Below are positions 21,018-31,040 of a stretch of DNA of 64,000 nucleotides, piece by piece. The notes under the pieces were generated by a model, which saw only the letters and a program-made list of their open reading frames with translations, ran no database searches and was not told the DNA's origin. The DNA comes from Candidatus Poribacteria bacterium. GTDB taxonomy: Bacteria > Poribacteria > WGA-4E > PCPOR2b. Positions within the stretch are counted from its first letter, which is position 1. The number at the start of each line of letters is the position of its first letter. The stretch is from NCBI GenBank assembly GCA_965208675.1, contig OZ242351.1:4608001-4672000 (forward strand), in the 5' to 3' direction. The position numbers were made by a program, and so were the translations under genes.

Positions 21018-21794
21018 TCAATAAACACGAGTGTTCCTAAACACTTGAAAGTTATCAAATTTCGCGCCTCTGTACGATGCTCCACTTTTTATTGTCCAGA
21101 CACCCGCTTGACCGCTTTGATAGCGCTCCGGGGCGTGGTCTGAGGCTTCCAACAACCATGTTCCCGGTTCTGTTTCACCCTTGGGCCACACCTTTCCTCT
21201 CAGATAGGTGTAGGTGTCATGGGACGTTACCTCGAGCTGAAAAACGTACCATCGGCTATCTTTGAGATGAAGGGTTTTTTCGTTCAAGTAGATATTACCA
21301 TGCTTTCCTTGACCAATGGGCACGCGTTTGGCAATCTGAAGCTTTCTGTGGAAATCGGACGTTCGGAGCCTGTAATTCTCCAGAGCGGAGTTCCAATAGG
21401 CAAACACTCCCGCATCGCCGCTATGCTCAATCCGGAGTTCCACCTGAACGACGTAGCTCGACCAATCCTTTTGCCCAACTAGTGCAGCGCTGTTTGGGGC
21501 GTTTCTATCCGCCTGTTCCAACACACGGCTGCCCAAGGTAGATATAACCCATCTCCCGCCGGAAGGGAAAATCCATTCCTTCTGCTCCTCCATTTGTGTT
21601 CGGTTCTCAAAGTTATCCTCAAACAGCGTTTCGCGCCGGACGTCGCGTAGTTGAGACAACCTCTGCTCGAGTGTGTCGAATCTCGCGCTCATCATCAGAT
21701 AAGCGAGAACGCCCACAATTCCGAGAATCGTTAAAACGACGATAAATTTTACATATTTGGCTAAAAGTTTTACGAACATAATCGTTTTTCTCAT
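21018..21794 (-). CDS. Membrane-anchored hypothetical protein with ConA/lectin-like beta-sandwich
   Basis: Single TM, LFEDNFE, W...G.W, GKVWPKGETEPGTWLL, GQAGVW...FDNFQV; start codon uncertain. Confidence 0.7.
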   Translation of the reverse strand: MRKTIMFVKLLAKYVKFIVVLTILGIVGVLAYLMMSARFDTLEQRLSQLRDVRRETLFEDNFENRTQMEEQKEWIFPSGGRWVISTLGSRVLEQADRNAPNSAALVGQKDWSSYVVQVELRIEHSGDAGVFAYWNSALENYRLRTSDFHRKLQIAKRVPIGQGKHGNIYLNEKTLHLKDSRWYVFQLEVTSHDTYTYLRGKVWPKGETEPGTWLLEASDHAPERYQSGQAGVWTIKSGASYRGAKFDNFQVFRNTRVY

Positions 21795-22512
21795 TTGGGT
21801 TTGCGCATCATGCCAGCCGCCGGCATGCCTGAAGGCATGAGAGAACAAACGGGCACTGTACCGCTCATCGACGCAGCAAGGGCGTCGTCATCGCCGCCTT
21901 TAATGTCCAAGGTTACTATGCACCATATTTTAAGTCAAGGAAAAATTAATGAATCGTAGCTAGTGTTTAAACTAGCTTAGCACATTTTATCGTTGCGGAG
22001 TTGGTATCGTTTACCGTTAAAAATAAGGCCGCGTCACGTCATGTTTCTACTAGTTTTAGCTATGGTGACCGCTCGCCGCTTATTTCGTTTAAAAACCACA
22101 CTTGACATTGGGAGTTTTATATTTTGTGCTTTTCAATGGCAGAAGTTACTTCTGAAATAGACCGACGTATTCGACACAAATCTTGAACGATTTTTGAGTA
22201 GTAATCAGTGTAGGCGCGATTTGCCTTTGACGGTATAAACCCTAGGATACTCCGAAACTCGCTAGAATCCCCGCCGATTTTCGTTGAAGGACGCCGTAAT
22301 TTGGGGTAAGATTGCTACAATATGTTGAACAGATGCATTCCTGTTTTTTGCGGTGCGTTTTTAACTTACGGATGCAAGTTGACGGGATAATCGGCTAAAT
22401 TCGGCTACCCTAGCTCGCATAGTCAAAAACACGCCGAATTTCGTTCCAGGTGCGCGGCAGGCATTAAATAATCGCAAAGCAGAATATTCTAGGCTTCGCC
22501 TCGGAGAATCAA

Positions 22513-25257
22513 TTGACATATAATTTTGACAAAATTGCAATGCTAGCGTCCCCTGTGGATAACGTGGCAATTGCGACAAGGACAGTCAATGCGGGATCGG
22601 AAATCAACGGTGAAGGCGAACGCTACACGCTATCCCACACTGTTTTAGAGGGTCACCGGTTCGCAGTCAAGACGATTCGTCTAGGGGAAAGTCTGCTTTC
22701 GTGGGGCTTGACGTTTGGCATTTCAACGACTCAGATTAGCCCTGGAGACTACATCTGCAACGCGGGTATTCTTGATGCGCTTTCTCTTAGAAGTTTGGAT
22801 TTCGAACTTCCGACGTGGCCAAATTTTAGGGATGATATTGTCCCATATGTTCTCGAAACAAATGCTTTCCAGCCGGGAGCAAAATTATACCCATATGACC
22901 ATCAGCGTTTTTTTGCCGGATACCGAAGGGCGGGAAACCGGGGCGTAGGAACGCGAAATTATATCGTCGTGATGGGCACAACCTCCCGGACTTCCAGCTT
23001 TGCCAACAAGTTAGCGGCTCGGTTCAATGACGCCGCAGCAAGCTACGAAAACTTAGATGGAATCGCCGCGGTAGGGCACACCGAAGGCGGAGAAGAGAAT
23101 GAACCGAACAATCTAGATATATTGCTCCGCACGCTCGCAGGGTTTATGGTGCATCCAAATGTTGGGGCAATACTCGTAGTTGACTACGGTACAGAATCGG
23201 TCACCAACAAGATGCTTGAGCGGTATGCCGCGCAGCATAGCTACCCGATACATGACGTACGCCATCGATTTTTGACCTTACGAGGCAGCTTCAACGCCAG
23301 TCTGGATAAGGGTGAAGCGATTGTCAACGGCTGGTTGGAAGAGATAAACGCGGCGGACAAGCGCACCGAGCAACCTGTCTCAGATTTGAAGATTGCGCTC
23401 CAGTGCGGCGGTTCAGATGCATTTTCAGGAATCTCCGGCAATCCGCTGGCAGCTTATGTTGCGAAGGAGATAATTCGCCATGGCGGATGTGCTAACCTAG
23501 CAGAAACGGATGAGTTAATCGGCGCAGAAGCATACGTCCTGCAGAACGTTAAGGATTTAAAGACCGCCCAGAAGTTCCTCGACACGATTGCGCGATTCAA
23601 GGAACGGGCGGCATGGCATGGGCATACTGTAGAAGCCAATCCCTCAGGCGGCAATAAGTTTCGCGGATTGTACAACATTGTAATCAAATCGATTGGCGCG
23701 GCTATGAAGCGGCACCCGGACGTTCGTCTAGATGACGTTATCGCCTATGGCGAGCGCATGTTAACATCGGGTTACTATTTCATGGACAGCCCGGGCAACG
23801 ACCTTGAGAGCATTGCCGGACAGGTCGCTTCAGGGTCAAATCTGATATTCTTTGTGACCGGCAACGGTTCGATTACAAACTTCCCTTTTGTTCCGACGAT
23901 AAAGATTGTTACTACGACCGGGCGGTACGATTTGTTGCAAAATGAGATGGATGTGAATGCAGGGGCGTATCTGGATGGGATGCCGATGGGGGTATTGGGT
24001 CAAGACATGTTCGAACTAACCCTCAGCATTGCGGGCGGTGAGCAGTCAGTTGGTGAAAAGGCGGGCCATTCTCAGGTCTCAATCTGGCGAAATTGGCGCC
24101 AAGCTCGTACAGCCGATTTAAAATCAGTGTTGCCGAGAGAAGTTCCCGATGGTAAACCGCTTCCCATCCGTACAGCGCAGCGTCCAGCCGCCCCGCCTTG
24201 CGCCGCGGAGGACGAGGCAACAACTAATTTAAAGTTTAACGCCATTCAAACCAAGGATGGATACCGGAGCGATCAGATTGGCTTGGTGCTGCCGACGAGT
24301 CTGTGTTCCGGCCAGATTGCCCAGATGATTGCTGACCGCTTAAATCGGCGCAGAGCCGGTGAATCTCAAGGAATCTCTCGATACGCGGCGCTGCCCCATA
24401 CGGAGGGTTGCGGCGTGTCAGGGGGCAATTCCGAGGACATTTACGCAAGAACTCTGATCGGGCATCTAATCCATCCAATTGTAGCGTTGGGTGTACTTTT
24501 AGAACATGGGTGTGAAAAAACACACAACGACTACATCGCGGACGCGATCGGTAATGACGGCATACCGATCGATCGATACGGCTGGGCGAGCGTGCAACTC
24601 GATGGGGGTATTGATGCGGCAATTCACAAGGTCGAAAATTGGTTTGACACCCGTTTAGCAGGGATGGGCGCGCCATACTATTCCGATGTAGGGCTGGAGC
24701 ATTTATGCCTTGGGTTGACCTCAATCGGTAAAGTCTCCAATAATGCAGCGCAGAGCGTGGTTAACGTTATCCAAACCGTCGTCGGCGAAGGCGGCACAGT
24801 TGTTGTCCCCGCCAATGCAACAGGTTTGGTTTCGCATGCGTACCTGAATCGTGTGTTAGGCGATCAAATCCTCAAGCCTACGCTGGCTTACGGTCAAAGG
24901 GTTGCTAAACCAGGCTTTCATATTATGGACACGCCCACAAGCCACGTTGTCGAAACTTTGACGGGTTTGGGCGGAACAGGTGTGGACGTGATGTTTGCGC
25001 ATGTTGCGGGGCACCCGCTGCAATCTCACCGTATGATTCCGCTGATCCAAGCTACGACTGACGAGACAACCGAATTGATTTATCACGACGATCTGGATCT
25101 ATCGCCTGCAGATGAGGATTGGACTCCCGACGAATTTTCGTTTCAAATGCTTCAGATCATCTTGGAAGTTGCCTCGCGGCGCTATACCCCAAAACTCTAT
25201 GGCAGAGGAAACACGGACTTTCAATTTACGCGCGGGCTGCTTGGCATTTCGATGTGA
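22513..25257 (+). CDS. UxaA/GarD-family sugar-acid dehydratase, internally duplicated (914 aa)
   Basis: SAF domain DNVAIA...GHRFA; GVGTRNY, QCGGSD, NPSGGN, MDSPGND, TTG; second partial copy in the C-terminal third. Confidence 0.88.
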   Translation: MTYNFDKIAMLASPVDNVAIATRTVNAGSEINGEGERYTLSHTVLEGHRFAVKTIRLGESLLSWGLTFGISTTQISPGDYICNAGILDALSLRSLDFELPTWPNFRDDIVPYVLETNAFQPGAKLYPYDHQRFFAGYRRAGNRGVGTRNYIVVMGTTSRTSSFANKLAARFNDAAASYENLDGIAAVGHTEGGEENEPNNLDILLRTLAGFMVHPNVGAILVVDYGTESVTNKMLERYAAQHSYPIHDVRHRFLTLRGSFNASLDKGEAIVNGWLEEINAADKRTEQPVSDLKIALQCGGSDAFSGISGNPLAAYVAKEIIRHGGCANLAETDELIGAEAYVLQNVKDLKTAQKFLDTIARFKERAAWHGHTVEANPSGGNKFRGLYNIVIKSIGAAMKRHPDVRLDDVIAYGERMLTSGYYFMDSPGNDLESIAGQVASGSNLIFFVTGNGSITNFPFVPTIKIVTTTGRYDLLQNEMDVNAGAYLDGMPMGVLGQDMFELTLSIAGGEQSVGEKAGHSQVSIWRNWRQARTADLKSVLPREVPDGKPLPIRTAQRPAAPPCAAEDEATTNLKFNAIQTKDGYRSDQIGLVLPTSLCSGQIAQMIADRLNRRRAGESQGISRYAALPHTEGCGVSGGNSEDIYARTLIGHLIHPIVALGVLLEHGCEKTHNDYIADAIGNDGIPIDRYGWASVQLDGGIDAAIHKVENWFDTRLAGMGAPYYSDVGLEHLCLGLTSIGKVSNNAAQSVVNVIQTVVGEGGTVVVPANATGLVSHAYLNRVLGDQILKPTLAYGQRVAKPGFHIMDTPTSHVVETLTGLGGTGVDVMFAHVAGHPLQSHRMIPLIQATTDETTELIYHDDLDLSPADEDWTPDEFSFQMLQIILEVASRRYTPKLYGRGNTDFQFTRGLLGISM

Positions 25258-25333
25258 TATTCTTTCTTAACTTCCGCACCACCCATCTTCAGATGGGAAG
25301 GACAAGAATACCCAGTCATGGAGCATTAGAACA

Positions 25334-26296
25334 GTGGAGTCTATTGCTGACGCAATTCACCGACGTGCAACCGTGGTTGTGGCTCATGACCACCGTCCGA
25401 TTGGTGAAGATTTGCCGCTGATGGCTGAAGGCGGCGTTACCGCAAAAGTTTTTCAGATTACGCTAGACGTGGATGTAGATGCGGGTTATCAGGCGTCCAG
25501 ATATCAGACAGAGGGATGGCTGCGGTTGGCGGCGTGCGGACTGGAAAACGCGTTGAGCGAAATTGAACGCCATTACCCCGACTGCGTCCTCGTAAAAAAG
25601 CCCTGCGACATCCGACAAGCCAAGGCGGAGAGGCGCGCCGCGATTATGCTTGGCGCGGAAGGGGCGCGGTGGCTCGAAGGTACTCTCGAACCGCTTCGAT
25701 TATTCCATCGCCTGGGGCTTCGTGAACTTCAACTCACTTGGGCTTTTCCCAACCCGCTCGTGCCTGACGGCCGCCTCAGCCGTTTTGGAGAAGAGGTTGT
25801 CTCCGAATGCGAAAAACTGGGGATACTTGTAGACGTGACGCACATACCGAAAGATGCGTTTTACGACGTGATTCGCCGCGCACAACGTCCTGTCATCGTG
25901 TCTCACGGAACGGCGAAGACACTCACAAAGGATTTGGATGACCATCAACTCCGCGCACTCGCCTCAACGGGCGGGCTGCTCGGCGTCCATTTTTACATTA
26001 CGTATCTCAACCCTACACCGACGCCAGAGGACATTTTTGGGCAAATAGATTATGTCGCCGAGTTGATAGGAATTGATCACGTTGCGCTCGGCGTAGATTT
26101 TTTTCCCACCGAGGGCGCATGGCGAGATTTGCAAGTTGCACAGGGAGCGTTAGACCTTCGCTGGGCGGTAAAGGATATGAGTGAAATGCCCAAGATTACA
26201 GAATGCCTCGTCGAACACGGTTACTCGGAGGTAGATATACACAAGGTGCTTGGAGGCAATTTTCTCAGGGTATGCCAGGAGGTGTTCGGAGAATGA
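25334..26296 (+). CDS. Membrane dipeptidase (M19) family amidohydrolase
   Basis: AHDH, GAEGA, LVDVTH, SHG, GIDHVALGVDF, LGGNFLRV. Confidence 0.87.
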   Translation: MESIADAIHRRATVVVAHDHRPIGEDLPLMAEGGVTAKVFQITLDVDVDAGYQASRYQTEGWLRLAACGLENALSEIERHYPDCVLVKKPCDIRQAKAERRAAIMLGAEGARWLEGTLEPLRLFHRLGLRELQLTWAFPNPLVPDGRLSRFGEEVVSECEKLGILVDVTHIPKDAFYDVIRRAQRPVIVSHGTAKTLTKDLDDHQLRALASTGGLLGVHFYITYLNPTPTPEDIFGQIDYVAELIGIDHVALGVDFFPTEGAWRDLQVAQGALDLRWAVKDMSEMPKITECLVEHGYSEVDIHKVLGGNFLRVCQEVFGE

Positions 26297-27252
26297 TTAT
26301 TGACTCTCACACGCATGTATTTGACCGCAGTGTCGGAGGCGCGGAAGAAAATTTCCCTCTTTGGCCCGGGGTAACCCACGGCGCCAGCGGGCCTGATCTG
26401 CTCCGCCAGATGGACGGTTCGGGCGTCGACAAGGCTTTTCTCATCAGTTACACCGCCGTGGATGTTATGGCGCATTATCACCCTGACAAACGAGACCATC
26501 TGGTTTCCGTCTTTCAGCACTATCTGACCAAGGACTATTTCATCCGGGTGTGGGAAGAGAACCCCCACCGCTTTGTCTGGTTTGCGGATTCGATTGATCC
26601 GCGTGTCCCCGGTTACGTAGAACGCGCGGAGCAAGATTTGAACCGCGGCGCCGCCGGACTAAAGCTGCTGCCGCTGTTTGTGGACACCGAATTGGGCGAT
26701 CCGCGCTGGCGGCCTATCTTTGAACTGCTTCACAAACACGGCAAGCCGTGCATTGTCGATCTGTCGTGGTGGTATGCCGACCAGCCTTGGTTTTCTCCGA
26801 GCGTCTACGGGAAGTATGAAACCTACACCGACTATGTTCAGGGACTGAGGGAATTGGCGGCGGAATTTCCGGATGTCAAAATCCAATTAGCGCATTACGG
26901 TACACCGCGTCTTCAAGATCGAGGCGATCCGGCACACACCATTCATTATGACCGCTTGCAAGAACCGATTGAACTCATGCGAGCGCATTCCAATCTCCGC
27001 TGCGATCTATCTGCGTGCCAACACCTCATTCCAAAGAATGAACCGTTTCCATATTGGAGCGTGTTGCGGGTGTTAAAGATTCTGGTGGACGAGTTGGGAG
27101 CAGAACGCATCCATTGGGGCACCGATTGGCCGTACCTGAGAGCGCAGCCTTATTCAGAATTGGTTCGGGCAATTCGGGAAGCGCCATTCTTGACGGCGAG
27201 CGACGCTGAAAAGATATTGGGTCTCAATGCTCAAAAATTCTTGGGTGAATAG
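26293..27252 (+). CDS. Amidohydrolase_2 family protein
   Basis: IIDSHTH, GLKL, LAHYG, WGTDWP; ATGA overlap with the upstream gene. Confidence 0.87.
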   Translation: MIIDSHTHVFDRSVGGAEENFPLWPGVTHGASGPDLLRQMDGSGVDKAFLISYTAVDVMAHYHPDKRDHLVSVFQHYLTKDYFIRVWEENPHRFVWFADSIDPRVPGYVERAEQDLNRGAAGLKLLPLFVDTELGDPRWRPIFELLHKHGKPCIVDLSWWYADQPWFSPSVYGKYETYTDYVQGLRELAAEFPDVKIQLAHYGTPRLQDRGDPAHTIHYDRLQEPIELMRAHSNLRCDLSACQHLIPKNEPFPYWSVLRVLKILVDELGAERIHWGTDWPYLRAQPYSELVRAIREAPFLTASDAEKILGLNAQKFLGE

Positions 27253-27276
27253 GGCCGTTTACCGTTTAGCTCCGAA

Positions 27277-28479
27277 CTATGAAGATGACGATTGGCAACT
27301 ATCGGTTAATTGCACGGCGTTAAAAGCGTCAATGGCTGCATTTAAATCTTCGGTCGTATGCGCCGCCATGACAGCGATCCGCAATCGCCCTGTGCCTTCA
27401 GGCACGGTAGGAGGGCGAATAGCCGGCGCGTAAACGCCGTAATTAAGCAACATATCGGCAAACTTTGCGGTGACTTTTGCGGAGCCGAGAATTAGCGGGA
27501 GAATTTGGGTTTGGGTCGACAGTAATTGGAATCCCGCTTCGGATAGCGCGGTTGCCAATTGCCGCGTGTTGGAGAACAGACGGCGGCGCAATTCAGGCGT
27601 TGAACGCATCACATCAATTGCAGCCGAAGCTGATGCCAATGTTGCCGGCGGCAGGCCTGTCGAGAAGATAAAACTGCGTGCGCGGTTTATCAGAAGGTCG
27701 ATCAACGTGCGTCCCCCCGCGACATATCCCCCCAATCCACCAATGGCTTTGCTCAGCGTTCCGATCTGGATAATGTCCCGGTTTTCCAGTCCGAAGTGCT
27801 CAACAGCGCCTCCTCCTGTTTTGCCTAAAACGCCAAAGCTATGTGCTTCATCTACAATTACGACTGCGTTGTACGTCTCAGCCAAGCGGCAAATTTCAGG
27901 CAGCGGGGCAATGTTGCCATCCATACTAAAGACGCCATCGGTCACGATCAGCTTTCGCCTGAAAGTTGCCGATTGCGACAGCAGCGATTCTAGATGGACG
28001 ATATCATGATGACGGTAGATTTGCGTATTGGCTTTGCTCAGGCGGCAACCATCGATAATGCTGGCGTGATTAAGCGCGTCGCTAAGGATGAGATCTCCAT
28101 CGCCCGCCAACGCAGGGATTGTGCCGATATTTGCCAGATAACCGGAACTAAAGACTAAGGCGGCTTCAGTTCCCTTCACTTCGGCGATCTTCGACTCAAG
28201 ATTGGTGTAAAGCTGGCAATTTCCCGTCAGTAATCGCGAGCCGCTTGCCCCCGTGCCGTATTCCCGCACTGCATTAGCGGCAGCTTCAATGACTTTCGGG
28301 TGGGTACTCAAACCGAGGTAGTTATTCGAACCAAGGGTGATGACTTCCCGTCCATCAAGGACAACGCGACCTGTTGGGGCTGACATGACGGTTCGCAGGA
28401 ATCTCCGGCGCCCCGCCTGATGAAGGCGATTCAGTTCTGCACGAATCCAGCATTCTACATCCACAAGATTGTCCTCCAC
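27277..28479 (-). CDS. bioF: 8-amino-7-oxononanoate synthase
   Basis: SNNYLGL, FSSGYLAN, DALNHASIIDG, DGVFSMDG, DEAHS, GTLSKA, AIRPPTVP. Confidence 0.88.
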   Translation of the reverse strand: MEDNLVDVECWIRAELNRLHQAGRRRFLRTVMSAPTGRVVLDGREVITLGSNNYLGLSTHPKVIEAAANAVREYGTGASGSRLLTGNCQLYTNLESKIAEVKGTEAALVFSSGYLANIGTIPALAGDGDLILSDALNHASIIDGCRLSKANTQIYRHHDIVHLESLLSQSATFRRKLIVTDGVFSMDGNIAPLPEICRLAETYNAVVIVDEAHSFGVLGKTGGGAVEHFGLENRDIIQIGTLSKAIGGLGGYVAGGRTLIDLLINRARSFIFSTGLPPATLASASAAIDVMRSTPELRRRLFSNTRQLATALSEAGFQLLSTQTQILPLILGSAKVTAKFADMLLNYGVYAPAIRPPTVPEGTGRLRIAVMAAHTTEDLNAAIDAFNAVQLTDSCQSSSS

Positions 28480-28580
28480 GCAAATTGAAATCGAGAGCCC
28501 ACCTTAAGCCAGCCGGTTATTTTGGAAAATGTCATTCAGTTCAAATCACGACAAAAACTAGACCGACAAATTTTAATGCA

Positions 28581-29981
28581 TCAATCAGAGTCACGGCCAT
28601 GCGAATCCCCACCGCTTTTGTTCAGCCAACCGTAGGATTCCAACTTTCTGTATAGCGTTCGCAATCCGATGCCCAACATCTCAGCCGCACGTTTTTTATT
28701 TCCGCCGGTTTCTGTTAAGGTTTTGCTAATCGCCTCCTTTTCAATTTCATCCATTGTCATTCCAACTTGCGCAAAACCGTCATCTGATGTTGGCACGAGA
28801 ATCGGGATTTCATCTTGGGTACCCGGCGCAAGATCCTTGAGGTCGATAGTATGAGATGCCGCCAAGATGACCGCAGTTTCGAGTGCGTTTCGCAGTTCAC
28901 GAATGTTACCGGGCCAGTCCGTGTTTTTTAAGTAATCCATGGCTTCATGCGTAATATTGGTGAGCGATTTGTTGTGTTCCTTGCTAAATTCTCTAATAAA
29001 CGCCGTAACGAGAAGCGGTATGTCTTCACGGCGCTCTCTCAACGGGGGCACCGGCAGCGGAAATCGATTGATTCGATAATAGAGATCGGCTCGAAAAGCG
29101 CCGTTTAGCACAGCAGTTTCGAGGTCCTTGTTTGTTGCTGCAATGACTCGGACGTCAACGTGGAAAGTCTTATCCCCCCCAAGCCTGGTGAATTCGTGCT
29201 CCTCCAACACCCTCAAGAATTTAACCTGTGTTTCAAGACTCATTTCCCCGATTTCGTCGAGGAACAGTGTCCCGCCGTCTGCTTGTTCGAACACTCCTCG
29301 TTTGGTCGCTGCCGCGCCAGTAAATGCCCCCCGCTCGTGGCCAAAGAGTTCACTTTCGAGAAGTTCGCGGTGGAGCGCACCGCAGTTGATTGGTTTGTAC
29401 GAACTGTCTCTCCGAGGGCTGTGATTGTGAATTGCCTTGGCAATAAGCTCCTTACCGACTCCGCTTTCACCCGTGATGAGCACCGTCGCCTTTGTCGGAG
29501 CGACCTGCCGAATCTTGCGAAAGAGGTCGAGCATGTTTTTAGATTTGCCGATGATATTGTCAAACCCGAACTTATCATCAAGCTGCTCTCTGAGGTTGGC
29601 GGTTTGGAGGAAGAGCAACTGCTTTTCCAGTGCATTTTTCACCGTCTGGCGCAAGGTATTAATCTCTATTGGCTTTTTGAGGTAATAAAACGCACCTTCT
29701 CTCATGGCTTCAACCGCGCTGTCAATCGTGCCATAACCGGTTAAGACAATTACCTGGGTGTAAGGGTTACTCTCTTGAAGATATTTGAGCAGATCGATGC
29801 CACTCAGATCGGGCATTTTGAGATCGGTGATTACGACATTGATGTCTTCTTTGCCGAGGATGTTGAGCGCCTGACGCCCCCCTGACGCTGAATGGAGTTC
29901 GTACCCTTCACGTTCTAAGACTTCAATGGTTGTTTCTACGCTTGCCAGATCGTCATCTACGACAAGGATTTTCGGGTTCAT
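28581..29981 (-). CDS. Sigma54-dependent response regulator (NtrC/AtoC family)
   Basis: Receiver ILVVDDD...DLKMP; GESGVGKE; ESELFGHERGAFTGA; WPGNIREL; Fis-type HTH. Confidence 0.95.
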   Translation of the reverse strand: MNPKILVVDDDLASVETTIEVLEREGYELHSASGGRQALNILGKEDINVVITDLKMPDLSGIDLLKYLQESNPYTQVIVLTGYGTIDSAVEAMREGAFYYLKKPIEINTLRQTVKNALEKQLLFLQTANLREQLDDKFGFDNIIGKSKNMLDLFRKIRQVAPTKATVLITGESGVGKELIAKAIHNHSPRRDSSYKPINCGALHRELLESELFGHERGAFTGAAATKRGVFEQADGGTLFLDEIGEMSLETQVKFLRVLEEHEFTRLGGDKTFHVDVRVIAATNKDLETAVLNGAFRADLYYRINRFPLPVPPLRERREDIPLLVTAFIREFSKEHNKSLTNITHEAMDYLKNTDWPGNIRELRNALETAVILAASHTIDLKDLAPGTQDEIPILVPTSDDGFAQVGMTMDEIEKEAISKTLTETGGNKKRAAEMLGIGLRTLYRKLESYGWLNKSGGDSHGRDSD

Positions 29982-30040
29982 TGCATCACCGATGGGGGTG
30001 AAGAGGGAAGAGTAATGCGTGAAGAGCAAAGAGTAAGGCC

Positions 30041-30823
30041 TTATATTATCGGTATTAGGATTGAAAAGGTTGTGTTCTTATTGGCTTCGCACCTTACTGT
30101 TACGCTACCGCCGTGGTTTTCGACAATTTGTTTGACAATGGCTAGACCGACCCCTGTCCCATCTTCTTTGGTTGAAACGAACAGGTCGAACACCTTGCCG
30201 CGAATAGCCGTGTCAATACCCTCGCCCGTATCCTCCACTTCGATTTGGATTTGCCCGTTCAAAGTATTTGCGCGCACGATCAGCTTTCCGCCGTCTTCCA
30301 TGGCCTGATGGGCGTTAATCACCAAATTCAGCAGTGCCTGTTTGAACTGTGCGCGATCGAGTTGGACGAGAGGAAGTTCCTGAATTTCACGAAAGACCTG
30401 AATGTTTTGTCTTTGTGCTTCTGGTTCGTTAAAATCCAGCACTTCCTCAATTAGCGTAGCGAGGTTCACAGCTTCAAGCGTTAAGGGAGGCAGTCGAGAG
30501 TAACGGCCAAAATCGGTCAATATCCGGTCTAAATGTTTAACCTCATCTCGAACTCGGCGAATACGCTTCTGCAAATGGCTCGGATCGCTTTTCGAATCGG
30601 AAAAATCTTCCTCTAGGAGTTGAAGGTTCAAGTTCATACTGTTCAGTGGATTGCGCAACTCATGAACCAATTCTCTCGCAAGCGCGTGCATCTGTTCACT
30701 GTTTTTGCCGTTCGCTGTTTTGCCGCTATGAATGGACTTCCTACCCCGAACAGCCGCGATGACGAAACAAACGATGAAGACGAAGATGATTCCACTCAGA
30801 ATTACCCACCAGAAACTATTCAT
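30041..30823 (-). CDS. Sensor histidine kinase (single TM, no obvious sensor domain)
   Basis: HELRNPL H-box, NLVINA, DTGEGI, GTGVGL. Confidence 0.92.
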   Translation of the reverse strand: MNSFWWVILSGIIFVFIVCFVIAAVRGRKSIHSGKTANGKNSEQMHALARELVHELRNPLNSMNLNLQLLEEDFSDSKSDPSHLQKRIRRVRDEVKHLDRILTDFGRYSRLPPLTLEAVNLATLIEEVLDFNEPEAQRQNIQVFREIQELPLVQLDRAQFKQALLNLVINAHQAMEDGGKLIVRANTLNGQIQIEVEDTGEGIDTAIRGKVFDLFVSTKEDGTGVGLAIVKQIVENHGGSVTVRCEANKNTTFSILIPII

Positions 30824-31040
30824 AAAATTTTATAGGATTCCACCTATAAGGAAAGGCGGCATTCGTGGAATCTGCCAACTATTCCAATGAAATCTGATGT
30901 TATTTCACTCGCCGGAGGCCTTGCGACAAAAATACCCGTTTTAACTATGGGGATGAATCGTGGAATCGGGGCAAGTCGGTTGTCAAGCCGATAAGGGCAA
31001 ACGTGGAAGGGCTTAGGAGAAGAAGGTCAAGCAACAAAGA

